Shown here piece by piece: positions 48,866 through 58,386 of a DNA stretch of 64,000 nt. The position numbers and the translations under genes are program-made. How positions within the stretch are numbered: the stretch's first letter is position 1; the number at the start of each line of letters is the position of its first letter. The stretch comes from Pseudomonadota bacterium (GTDB lineage: Bacteria; Pseudomonadota; Gammaproteobacteria; JAIEPX01). Where the stretch lies: the NCBI GenBank assembly GCA_029777855.1, contig JAKORL010000170.1:1169-65168 (forward strand). The letters run 5' to 3'. The notes under the pieces were generated by a model, which saw nothing but the letters and a program-made list of their open reading frames with translations, made no database searches and was not told where the DNA came from.

Positions 48866-51301
48866 CTAAAACTTCTTAACCCCTCGTAATTCTGCATCTG
48901 AAAAATCATCCACGGAAACAATGGTTTCCCGAAGAACATTATACTGTCTTAAATGATCGGCTTGTGTTTTAGTTAAAATTTTCAGCTCTTCTGCGCGATC
49001 AATTCGATCTGCAAAAGTCAATCCCGATACCTCACCGGATTTAATGGCTTTGTTGAATTTAGTAAATGTTTGTTGATGTTTAGTAACTAATTTCAACGCC
49101 GTTTCTAACATCCCTGGAATATGTTTTCCATCTTCTGGCAGATATACATCTTGAATTAATTGTGAACGTAATCGATTAGGATTCATCATTATTTTTCCAA
49201 GCTGACTCACTAAACGATCACTGGGTAATTTATTCCAACGACCTAATGGAAAAATGGCACAACGTAAAATTCCACGGATAATTCTGCTTGGAAAATTACT
49301 AATAACACCATCGAGCTGCTGTTCTGCCTGAGTCATTAAATATTGGCAAGACCATTGTATTAATGGGAATTCATCCTCAGGTTCTTTGCGATCATGAAAT
49401 TGTTTTAATACGGCAGAAGCCATGTAAGTCATACTCAAAATATCGGCTAATCGCCCCGATAATTTTTCTTTGCGCTTCATCACTCCACCATAATAAATCA
49501 TACAAGCATCTGAAATTAATGCAAAGGAAGCACTGATTCGATTTAATTGGCCATAATAAATATTCACTTTACTTTTTGGTGCACCTGTAAACTTTCCATT
49601 GAATAATCCGCCCCAAAATGAACGAACCATATTACTCAATAAATAACCCATATGAGCAAATACAGCGGCTGTAAATTGCTCCAACCCTATTTTTTTATCT
49701 TCCTGAGCAACAGCGTTAATTTCATTTAAAATATGGGGGTGACAACGAACCGCACCTTGTCCAAAAATAATCATGGAGCGTGTTAAAATATTCGCTCCTT
49801 CAACAGTAATTCCGATGGGAGATTGCTGATAGCCCCTACCCAAATAATTTTTAGGGCCTAAGCAAATCCCTTTTCCTCCGTGTATATCCATCGCATCAAT
49901 AATAATTTGCCGTCCCATTTCGGTCAGATGATATTTGCTGATCGCTGAAGGTACTGCTGGGGCTTCACCCGCATCAATTGCAGCAACCGTAAAATTTCGC
50001 GTGGCATTCATGATATAACTCATGCCAGCCATACGCGCTAATCGTTCTTCGACACCACCAAATCGACCGATGGGCAATCCAAATTGCTCTCGAACACGAG
50101 AGTATGCACCACTCACAGCAACAGCCATTTGTGCCCCACCCAAAGAAATTGAGGGTAAAGAAATTGCTCGTCCAACGGCGAGACGCTCTACCAACATATT
50201 CCAACCTTTGCCGGCCATTTTAAATCCACCGATAATGGCATCAATGGGAATAAAAACATCTTTGCCTCGAACAGGCCCATTAGGAAACACTGCATTTAAA
50301 GGGAAATGTCGACGACCATGCTCTACACCTTTTGTATTTGCAGGCACTAATGCAACAGTGATACCCAGATTTTTTTTCTTACTCATCAGATTATCAGGGT
50401 CAAATAATTTAAAGGCCAATCCAATCACAGTTGCCACAGGGCCTAAGGTAATATAGCGTTTATTGAAATTCAGAGAAATTCCAATAATTTTTTCTCCGTT
50501 GACCACACGCTCACAAATTGTGCCATTATCTGGCATGCTACTTGCATCAGAACCCACATCAGGACCCGTCAACGCAAAACACGGAATTTCTTCGCCTTTT
50601 GCTAATCGAGGTAAATAATAATCCCGTTGAGCTTGTGTGCCATATTCTAATAATAATTCTGCAGGTCCTAAAGAATTAGGCACCGAAACTGTGCTTGCTA
50701 CTGAAGCGCTCAGTCCCGCAAGTTTCGATAATATCAACGCATGCGCGTAAGCAGAAAATCCTTTTCCGCCGTATTTTTTGGGAATAATTAATCCAAAAAA
50801 ACCTTCGCTTTTCATGAACTGCCAAAGCTTATCGGGAATCGTGAGCTGATGTGCTGTTAAATCCCACTCATCGATCATGCCACACAATTCTGTTACAGGC
50901 CCATCAAGAAAAGCTTGCTCGCTTTTGCTCAATTTCGCTTTTTGATACGCTAATAATTGTGTCCATTGCGGCATTCCGGCAAACAATTGACCTTCCCAAC
51001 CTACAGTGCCGGATTCCAACGCTTCTTTTTCAGTAGAAGACAGCGTCGGCATCAACTTCCCCATGTTTTTATAGACGGGGGCTAATAATTTTTGTTGCAA
51101 TTGTTTATCAAATAAAACTGCGCAACCTAACCCAAATAGCACCCAGCAAATCAACATCATGATTAAATTAATATGGCTAAGTGCGCTGAACAAAATCAGG
51201 TAAAACCCGATGCCCACAGCCAAAACCGGCCGGCTTACGCGATGATATGCCAGCACCCCCACAACAACGAAAAACAATAAAATCCATGCTATCGAATGCA
51301 T
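48866..51301 (-). CDS. fadE: large membrane-anchored acyl-CoA dehydrogenase
   Basis: ~811 aa. The N-terminal hydrophobic segment MHSIAWILLFFVVVGVLAYHR resembles E. coli FadE. An acyl-CoA dehydrogenase core and the long FadE-type C-terminal extension are present. Confidence 0.85.
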   Translation of the reverse strand: MHSIAWILLFFVVVGVLAYHRVSRPVLAVGIGFYLILFSALSHINLIMMLICWVLFGLGCAVLFDKQLQQKLLAPVYKNMGKLMPTLSSTEKEALESGTVGWEGQLFAGMPQWTQLLAYQKAKLSKSEQAFLDGPVTELCGMIDEWDLTAHQLTIPDKLWQFMKSEGFFGLIIPKKYGGKGFSAYAHALILSKLAGLSASVASTVSVPNSLGPAELLLEYGTQAQRDYYLPRLAKGEEIPCFALTGPDVGSDASSMPDNGTICERVVNGEKIIGISLNFNKRYITLGPVATVIGLAFKLFDPDNLMSKKKNLGITVALVPANTKGVEHGRRHFPLNAVFPNGPVRGKDVFIPIDAIIGGFKMAGKGWNMLVERLAVGRAISLPSISLGGAQMAVAVSGAYSRVREQFGLPIGRFGGVEERLARMAGMSYIMNATRNFTVAAIDAGEAPAVPSAISKYHLTEMGRQIIIDAMDIHGGKGICLGPKNYLGRGYQQSPIGITVEGANILTRSMIIFGQGAVRCHPHILNEINAVAQEDKKIGLEQFTAAVFAHMGYLLSNMVRSFWGGLFNGKFTGAPKSKVNIYYGQLNRISASFALISDACMIYYGGVMKRKEKLSGRLADILSMTYMASAVLKQFHDRKEPEDEFPLIQWSCQYLMTQAEQQLDGVISNFPSRIIRGILRCAIFPLGRWNKLPSDRLVSQLGKIMMNPNRLRSQLIQDVYLPEDGKHIPGMLETALKLVTKHQQTFTKFNKAIKSGEVSGLTFADRIDRAEELKILTKTQADHLRQYNVLRETIVSVDDFSDAELRGVKKF

Positions 51302-51715
51302 TGTAAATCCCTTTAGAAACTCCTGATCTATCAAGTATACCAGAATCTCTGTATCAGCCTATAGAGTTTAATGTGCTAGTATAGTTTCGTATGTGAATTG
51401 GTATATCTATCAGTTTTGGCGATGCGTCTTTGTTCAGCAAGAAATTGAAAAATATGCGCAAACGTTCATTGATTATCCTCCTTTTCAAAAAGGAGCCTCC
51501 TTTAATTTAGAAAAAATAAAAGAGGAATTGGGCGCTAAGATCAAAGCAGCGCAAGACTATGCTTATTGGAAGTAATTAGTCGTCAGTCCTATTTTATGCA
51601 TGAAGTGCGTCTGTTCCGGCTTCTTGTATAATGGATAGTAGATATAACCCAAATACCATCCCTGATATTATTTAATAAATTACAGTTATTACACTCTAGC
51701 TTTTATCGCAAATAT

Positions 51716-51743
51716 TTGAATTTTTACAAAAGTATACTATACT
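51716..51743 (+). promoter_or_regulatory. sigma70-like promoter for the 51908 gene
   Basis: TTGAAT-16 nt-TATACT. It would give a ~155-nt leader beginning with the hairpin GGGGTCTCAAAACCCC. Confidence 0.4.
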
Positions 51744-51907
51744 TTAATTATGGGGTCTCAAAACCCCGTTAGAAACGGATTTTGAAGGTGCATAAGGAGG
51801 CGGCAAGTAGTGTGGGAGGATTGGTAGCCGATGGGCTTGAATGCCCCTAGAATCTAGGATTCTGAAGAAGAAAGGGCTGTCCTCTATAGCGTAGGAGGAA
51901 ATATATT

Positions 51908-52957
51908 ATGCGTAAAGTATCTATTAAGTCTATGTTTGCGGTAGTTCTGTTGAGTGCGTGGTCGTCTTTGAGTATGGGTAGTACAATCCTCTATACAAAC
52001 GATTTTAATGGTGCTCTGAGTTATGGCATTAACGCGTTACCGAGTGGGACGGGATTGGTTGATTCAGGTTTGGTGCCCACCCCTCATCCAGAGGATTGTC
52101 TGTATATACAGGGTTTAGGCGCATTAAGTGTCGGATGTTCGAGCAACCATAATCCTGCTGCGGGGATTCCAGGAAACATTCATGCCTTACTTCCATCACC
52201 GTTTTATTTAACGGCAGACTCAAATGGAGTACCCATTAATATTTCCAGTAGTGACCCCGTCATAACAGTAGACATCACGATGACGTATTTTCATGATGTC
52301 AATGCCAAAGCTTCTAAGCAGCAGGCGAAATTTTATAATACGGATGTCAATGATTCTAGATTGGGCTGGGGGTTCTTCGCATTAACCTCTGCAGATTCAC
52401 CAGCGAACGTCTGTTTAGGTATAACAGCGAACAAGATTATTGCATTTGTAGATGGGGTATCTCAAACGTCCTCGTTAGATACTGGACCAGGTTTCAACTT
52501 TATTACCGAGAAGGAGCTTGCTGATTATGTTCCTGGTGTGCCAGTCAACATTAAAATCAGAGTGGATAAAGTTCATCATACAGGAACTTATCTGATTAAT
52601 AATGTTCCGAAATTAGTGGTTGATTTAGCAGGAGCTCTTCCTGCTAATGATTTGACACTCGTATCACAAACTGTATTGGCTCCTAGAGGGGCTCGGCCTT
52701 CATCTCTAGAAAATTGGAGCCTTGGTTGGATACCCGTATTGTCTCATTTGGATCTAGCTAGCTTAGGTTCTGCTAAAGGAAGAAATACTGCTGGCGGATT
52801 GTTAGATGCTCAATTTACGTCGACATTCTTTGGCTTAAACCAAGTCTACCCATCAATATTTGCACAACCTTTTGACAGTTGGGTAGATAATTATGCATTC
52901 GGAACTACTTATTTTACTAGTATAAATAGTATAAAAGTCTATTCCGATGGCTTGTAA
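51908..52957 (+). CDS. secreted 349-aa orphan protein
   Basis: AGGAGG SD. Signal peptide MRKVSIKSMFAVVLLSAWSSLSMG. No motif recognised. Composition looks GC-richer than its neighbours by eye. Confidence 0.6.
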   Translation: MRKVSIKSMFAVVLLSAWSSLSMGSTILYTNDFNGALSYGINALPSGTGLVDSGLVPTPHPEDCLYIQGLGALSVGCSSNHNPAAGIPGNIHALLPSPFYLTADSNGVPINISSSDPVITVDITMTYFHDVNAKASKQQAKFYNTDVNDSRLGWGFFALTSADSPANVCLGITANKIIAFVDGVSQTSSLDTGPGFNFITEKELADYVPGVPVNIKIRVDKVHHTGTYLINNVPKLVVDLAGALPANDLTLVSQTVLAPRGARPSSLENWSLGWIPVLSHLDLASLGSAKGRNTAGGLLDAQFTSTFFGLNQVYPSIFAQPFDSWVDNYAFGTTYFTSINSIKVYSDGL

Positions 52958-53068
52958 TAGTGTTAGAGATCAGGGGCTCCTAGAAGGAGCTCCTGGGTGT
53001 CAGATCTCAAATTGACGATTTGTTAATTATCATTTTTACTGAACTGAAGCATCTGTCTAAGATTAAGT

Positions 53069-53803
53069 TTAGGACAACAAATCCGGTTTGTCGCTGAAAA
53101 CAGAATCCACACCCCACTCAAAAAGTTCATGTGCGCGCCATGGCTCATTGACGGTATAAGCCAAAACATATTTTACATATTTTCTTAATTCCATGATTTT
53201 TTCGGGTGATAAAATTAAATGATTCACCGAAACCGATTGGCAGGCGTAGTCTTGCGACCAGTTTTGCCAAGGTTCATTCCATTGGTGTATCACGGTTCCC
53301 AAACATAATTCAGGTGCAATTTTATGTACAACGCTTAAACAAATTTCAGATTGTGTGGATATCATTGGAGGACTTTCTGCAACGGGCCAAAATTGTTTGA
53401 GTATTTCTATCGATTTTTCCGCAGTTTCAGCTTCTTTTCCGACGGTAGGTTTAATTTCAAGATTGATGTTTATTTTTAATTTTTTTAGTAGATTCAAAAG
53501 TTCGTGTAATGTCGGAACAGGTTCTTGAGCATATTGTTTTGCAAACCAACTACCTGCATCGAGCTGAGCGATATCATTATAAGATGTTTCGGCGACTAAA
53601 CGTTTTTTTCCGTTTGTGGTCCTTCTCAACGTATCATCATGCATAATAATAGCCTCTCCATCGGCCGTGAGCATGACATCAAATTCTACCCATTGCGCAC
53701 CCATCGCATGGGCTTTACGCATAGCAGCCAAGGTATTTTCAGGTGCGTACGCACTCGCACCTCGATGAGCGATCACGCGCGATAGATGTAAATCTTTAGA
53801 CAT
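53069..53803 (-). CDS. ugpQ: glycerophosphodiester phosphodiesterase
   Basis: VIAHRGASAYAPENTLAAMRKAHAMGAQWVEFDVMLTADGEAIIMHDDTLRRTTNG. Confidence 0.88.
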   Translation of the reverse strand: MSKDLHLSRVIAHRGASAYAPENTLAAMRKAHAMGAQWVEFDVMLTADGEAIIMHDDTLRRTTNGKKRLVAETSYNDIAQLDAGSWFAKQYAQEPVPTLHELLNLLKKLKININLEIKPTVGKEAETAEKSIEILKQFWPVAESPPMISTQSEICLSVVHKIAPELCLGTVIHQWNEPWQNWSQDYACQSVSVNHLILSPEKIMELRKYVKYVLAYTVNEPWRAHELFEWGVDSVFSDKPDLLS

Positions 53804-54096
53804 AGCTGTAGTCCTTCGTACTATTAAACTTCACATTTTATCACATTATTTAGACTGGATCGCCACGCGATGACGAAGTGGCAATGCCACCCTCACAGGT
53901 CTCACGTTAACCTCTGGAGCGAATAGGTATCTTCAATCCCGTGCTATACTTCAGTGTAAACTGCTAATGCGTAAATCTTCGGACGGCCCTGCACTTGCCA
54001 ATAGGCCTGGGTTCCGCTAAAGTGCGATCCACATGAAGTCGACAGGCAGGTATGAGGGGAATACAATGGGGGATAAGGCAAATGCCACAAGCTGTA

Positions 54097-55140
54097 ATGT
54101 CTGAACGAGACATCTTCGAATATGCCAGCTACCTCGGATTTGGCGAAATTAATATGGAAGTCGACCACTCCACTGGTATGCACGCCATCATTGCTGTTCA
54201 CAGTACTAAGCTTGGTCCGGCAATCGGGGGCACTCGTTTTGTCCATTATGTTTCCAGTAATGAAGCCATTATCGATGCGCTACGGCTTGCTGCCATGATG
54301 ACTTATAAAGCCGCAATTTGTGGTCTCAAACACGGCGGCGGCAAATCTGTGATCATGAAATCTGGCGAAATTAAAAATCGAAAAGCATTATTTGAACGTT
54401 TTGGAAAATTTGTTCATAAATTGGAAGGTCGTTATATTGCGGCTATGGATAGTGGTACTACAACCACTGACATGGATTCTATTTCTAAAAATACCGATTT
54501 TGTCACGTGTAAATCCGATGAACTTGGAGGTGGCAATCCTTCTTCGCACACTGCTCTTGGCGTTTTGCGCGGAATTCAAGCAGCTATCAAATTTAAAATG
54601 GGCCAAGATAATTTAAATAATGTACATGTTGCTATTCAAGGTGTAGGTAACGTCGGTTATTTCTTAGCAAAATTATTACATGAGCAGGGCGCTAAATTAA
54701 CGGTGTGTGATGTTAATCACGATGCGACTCGTCGATGTGTTGAAGAATTTGGCGCTAAAGAAGTTGATATTGGCGCTATTTATGACGTTGCGTGTGATGT
54801 TTTTTCACCCTGCGCTTTGGGTGAAAGTATTAACCCTAAAACAATTGATCGTTTAAAATGTAAAATTATTGCAGGGTCTGCTAATAATCAACTCTCTCAT
54901 CGTTCGCTGGGAGAAGTTTTACATCAACATAATATTCTTTTTGCGCCCGATTTTTTAATTAATTCAGGCGGATTAATTCATGTCGCTGAAGTGTATGATC
55001 ATGGAAATCACGAAGTGGCAGAACAACAAATTATTAATCTTTACAATGAAACACTTCAAATTTTTGAACGAGCTCAGGCTGAAAATAAATCAACCAATTT
55101 AATTGCGCGCACTATCGCGGAAGAACGTCTCAACGAATAA
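54097..55140 (+). CDS. leucine (branched-chain amino acid) dehydrogenase
   Basis: The N-terminus aligns with Bacillus Bcd (..AIIAVHSTKLGPAIGGTRF..). Also KHGGGKSVI and the Rossmann motif GVGNVG. The start could instead be 54082 or 54052. Confidence 0.8.
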   Translation: MSERDIFEYASYLGFGEINMEVDHSTGMHAIIAVHSTKLGPAIGGTRFVHYVSSNEAIIDALRLAAMMTYKAAICGLKHGGGKSVIMKSGEIKNRKALFERFGKFVHKLEGRYIAAMDSGTTTTDMDSISKNTDFVTCKSDELGGGNPSSHTALGVLRGIQAAIKFKMGQDNLNNVHVAIQGVGNVGYFLAKLLHEQGAKLTVCDVNHDATRRCVEEFGAKEVDIGAIYDVACDVFSPCALGESINPKTIDRLKCKIIAGSANNQLSHRSLGEVLHQHNILFAPDFLINSGGLIHVAEVYDHGNHEVAEQQIINLYNETLQIFERAQAENKSTNLIARTIAEERLNE

Positions 55141-55148
55141 GGAAGACA

Positions 55149-56219
55149 ATGAAAACCATTGCAGAATTTAGTATACAATTTCATCAATATTTAAATGAAG
55201 AGGGACAAATCGTCCAAGCATTACCTGCTTTTGCAAACGATCATGCTCATTTAATTCGACTTTATACGTCCATGCAACGTACTCGTTTATTGGATGCAAA
55301 AGCGGTGATTATGCAGAGAACGGGAAAAATGGGAACTTATCCTTCCTCTCTTGGGCAAGAAGCTGTGGCAACTGGTTTAGGTGATGCCATGAAACCCGAA
55401 GATGTTTTTTGTCCTTATTATCGTGATCAAGGTGCTATGCTTGAGCGCGGCGTTACTCTCACTGAAATTCTAAGCTATTGGGGCGGTGATGAACGCGGCG
55501 CTGATTTCCAAGTTCCTCGTGAAGATTTTCCAGTGAGCGTACCTATCGCAACACAATGTCTACACGCCTGCGGCGTCGCGTACGCTTTTAAATACCGCAA
55601 ACAACCTCGAGTAGCGGTGACTTCACTCGGTGAAGGCGGTACATCAGAAGGGGCCTTTTATGAAGCCATAAACCTTGCTGGAATGTGGAATTTGCCGGTT
55701 GTTTTTGTGATCAACAATAATCAGTGGGCCATCTCCGTCCCTAGAAATATTCAAACGCATGCCCAAACCATAGCTCAAAAAGCCATTGCAGGAGGAATTG
55801 AAGGCGTTCAAGTGGATGGCAATGATGTGATTGCCGTTCGCGAAATCGTCGGTCGCGCTGTAGAAAAAGCGCGCAGCGGAAATGGCCCCACGGTTGTTGA
55901 AGCAGTGACTTACCGTCTATCGGATCACACGACTGCAGACGATGCAAAACGCTATTGGAATGAAGAGGTAGTAAAAACAGCCTTCGCTAAAGAACCTTTA
56001 ATTCGATTACGGCGCTATTTGACTGAACAAGGCGCATGGAATGATGAAAAAGAAAAACAATTAATCGACCAACTGTCGCAAGAATTAGATCAAGCCATTA
56101 AAGATTACGCGAACAAAGCATCGCAACCTGCTGAAAATATTATGGATTTCACCTTCAAAGAACTCCCGGAAGCACTGCTCCATCAACGCGAAATTTTATT
56201 GGGAGAAAACCATGGCTGA
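55149..56219 (+). CDS. bkdA1: 2-oxoisovalerate dehydrogenase E1 alpha
   Basis: TPP-binding region GEGGTSEGAFYEAINLAGMWNLPVVFVINNNQWAIS. Lies in an operon after the Leu dehydrogenase. Confidence 0.75.
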   Translation: MKTIAEFSIQFHQYLNEEGQIVQALPAFANDHAHLIRLYTSMQRTRLLDAKAVIMQRTGKMGTYPSSLGQEAVATGLGDAMKPEDVFCPYYRDQGAMLERGVTLTEILSYWGGDERGADFQVPREDFPVSVPIATQCLHACGVAYAFKYRKQPRVAVTSLGEGGTSEGAFYEAINLAGMWNLPVVFVINNNQWAISVPRNIQTHAQTIAQKAIAGGIEGVQVDGNDVIAVREIVGRAVEKARSGNGPTVVEAVTYRLSDHTTADDAKRYWNEEVVKTAFAKEPLIRLRRYLTEQGAWNDEKEKQLIDQLSQELDQAIKDYANKASQPAENIMDFTFKELPEALLHQREILLGENHG

Positions 56220-57192
56220 GATTACATTAGCAGAAGCGATCACGCAGGCACTCGCCTATGAAATGCAAGCCGACAAAAATGTTGTGGTCTTCGGTGAAGA
56301 TGTGGCAACGAATGGCGGCGTATTCCGCACAACACTAGGACTCTTGCAGAAATTTGGACCAGACCGCGTTCTGGATACCCCCCTGGCTGAAGGCATGATT
56401 GGCGGTATGGCCATTGGTATGGCCAGCCAAGGCTTAAAACCGGTAGCAGAATTTCAATTCGAAGGGTTTATGTACCCTGCCTTCGACCAAATTGTGAGCC
56501 ACGCGAGTCGAATGAGAACCCGCACACGTGGCCGATTAACTTGCCCTGTGGTGTACAGAGCTCCTTGGGGCGGCGGCATTCATGCACCTGAGCATCATTC
56601 TGAAAGCAATGAAGCCTATTTTGCCCATATCCCCGGTATACGTGTGGTTATCCCTTCTTCACCGGCACGAGCTTATGGATTGCTTTTAGCCGCTATTCGA
56701 GATCCTGATCCCGTCGTTTTCCTCGAGCCCAAACGAATTTATAGAATGGTGAAGCAAAATGTACCCGATACAGGGGAAGCTTTGCCACTTGATCAATGTT
56801 TTGTTTTGCGCGAAGGTTCGGATATTACCTTGGTGACTTGGGGCGCTTACACCGTTGAGTCTTTACAAGCTGCTGAACAACTTGCTCAAGAAGGCATTCA
56901 AACGGAAGTGATTGACTTAGCAACAATCAGTCCTATTGATAGCGCTACAATTTTAGAATCCGTTGAAAAAACAGGGCGATTAATGATTGTGCATGAAGCC
57001 CCTAAAAATTGTGGTGTGGGCGCTGAAATTGCTGCTCTCGTCGCTGAACATGCCCTCACCTCTTTAGTTGCACCGATTCAACGTGTCACAGGTTTTGATA
57101 CTATGATGCCCTATTACAAACTTGAGAATTTTTACATGCCGAGCGTTGCGCGTATAATGGCCACCGCCAAACAATTAATGGAGTACGCATGA
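56212..57192 (+). CDS. bkdA2: 2-oxoisovalerate dehydrogenase E1 beta
   Basis: 326-aa transketolase-like E1 beta (VFGEDV..GGVFR, DTPLAE). Overlaps the E1 alpha stop by 8 nt. Confidence 0.75.
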   Translation: MAEITLAEAITQALAYEMQADKNVVVFGEDVATNGGVFRTTLGLLQKFGPDRVLDTPLAEGMIGGMAIGMASQGLKPVAEFQFEGFMYPAFDQIVSHASRMRTRTRGRLTCPVVYRAPWGGGIHAPEHHSESNEAYFAHIPGIRVVIPSSPARAYGLLLAAIRDPDPVVFLEPKRIYRMVKQNVPDTGEALPLDQCFVLREGSDITLVTWGAYTVESLQAAEQLAQEGIQTEVIDLATISPIDSATILESVEKTGRLMIVHEAPKNCGVGAEIAALVAEHALTSLVAPIQRVTGFDTMMPYYKLENFYMPSVARIMATAKQLMEYA

Positions 57193-58358
57193 AGATTTTT
57201 TACTTGCCTGACTTAGGCGAAGGTTTACATGAAGCAGAAATTCGTGAATGGTTAGTTAAAGAAGGGGATCAAGTAACAGAAGATCAACCTATCGTCTCCA
57301 TGGAAACCGCAAAAGCGTTGCTGGATGTACCCTCCCCTTTTACAGGCACCATAGAGAAATTGCATGGAAATCCAGGGGATTTAGTTAAAACCGGCGCGCC
57401 ATTAGTCAGTTTCAATGCGGATGCACAATCCAGCCATCATGTGGAACAACATAGAAAAGATGCTGGTACCGTCGTGGGGAATATTCAGGTCGGCGATACT
57501 GTCATCAATGAAAGCGCAACGGGCATCAAACCCGCTGCTGCCTCAGGTGCACGCGTTAAAGCGAGCCCTGCCGTTCGTAAAATGGCAAGCGAATTAGGCG
57601 TTGATTTAAATACTGTGACGCCAACAGGACCTGGTGAGTCTATTACTGCCGCAGATGTTAATGCTGCCGCAACAAGCAAACCATCTTCCATTCAACCAAC
57701 CACAGCCACAAACGATGTCGCTGCTCCTGAAGGTTACACAGCACTGCACGGCGTTACTCGCAGCATGGCCATCAATATGGCCCTGGCTCATCAAACTGTC
57801 GCACCAGTGACATTAGTAGATGATGCAGATATCCAACATTTTGGACCCAATGAAGATATTAGTGTGCGTATTATGCGAGCGGTACAACATGCGTGCGAAC
57901 AAGTGCCTAAATTAAATTCGCACTTCCATGGAAAATCCTTGAGCTATAAACAGATTAAAGAAATAAATTTAGCCATTGCTGTTGATACCGAAGCAGGATT
58001 ATATGCGCCTGTTATTAAAGATATTGGAAATAAAACTGATTTAGAATTACGCGAAAAAATCAATGAATTTAAAGTGCACGCCAAAAAGCAAGATTTCCCA
58101 CCTGCGGATCTTTCAGGTGCCACAATTTCACTATCCAATTTTGGTGTTTTTGTCGGTCGCTATGCGAGCCCTATTATAGTTCCACCCACCGTCGCTATTA
58201 TTGGCATTGGAAAATTACGCGAAACTGTTGTTGCTGAAAATGGTGTACCTGCTGTGCATAAAATTATGCCAGTTTCAATTACGGTTGATCATCGGCTTAT
58301 CACCGGTGGTGAAGCGGCACGATTTTTGGCAGCATTGATAAATTCGCTGCAACAGTGA
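57189..58358 (+). CDS. bkdB: branched-chain 2-oxoacid dehydrogenase E2 (lipoamide acyltransferase)
   Basis: Lipoyl domain (..SMETAKALLDVPSP..), E3/E1-binding domain (ASPAVRKMASELGVDL) and catalytic DHRLITGG. ATGA overlap with E1 beta. Confidence 0.8.
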   Translation: MKIFYLPDLGEGLHEAEIREWLVKEGDQVTEDQPIVSMETAKALLDVPSPFTGTIEKLHGNPGDLVKTGAPLVSFNADAQSSHHVEQHRKDAGTVVGNIQVGDTVINESATGIKPAAASGARVKASPAVRKMASELGVDLNTVTPTGPGESITAADVNAAATSKPSSIQPTTATNDVAAPEGYTALHGVTRSMAINMALAHQTVAPVTLVDDADIQHFGPNEDISVRIMRAVQHACEQVPKLNSHFHGKSLSYKQIKEINLAIAVDTEAGLYAPVIKDIGNKTDLELREKINEFKVHAKKQDFPPADLSGATISLSNFGVFVGRYASPIIVPPTVAIIGIGKLRETVVAENGVPAVHKIMPVSITVDHRLITGGEAARFLAALINSLQQ

Positions 58359-58386
58359 GAAGCATACTCAAGCTACTCTACTAGTT

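Noticed and set aside
51393-51575. 60-aa ORF (GTG start) divergent from fadE
   Set aside because: There is no SD, and the N-terminus is Trp/Phe/Cys-rich and improbable. The C-terminal part (QQEIEKYAQTFIDYPPFQKGASFNLEKIKEELGAKIKAAQDYAYWK) looks protein-like, so it may be a gene remnant, but I cannot support a call.
53944-54246. 100-aa minus-strand ORF overlapping the leucine dehydrogenase start
   Set aside because: It overlaps a well-supported gene on the opposite strand and has no SD or recognisable motif.
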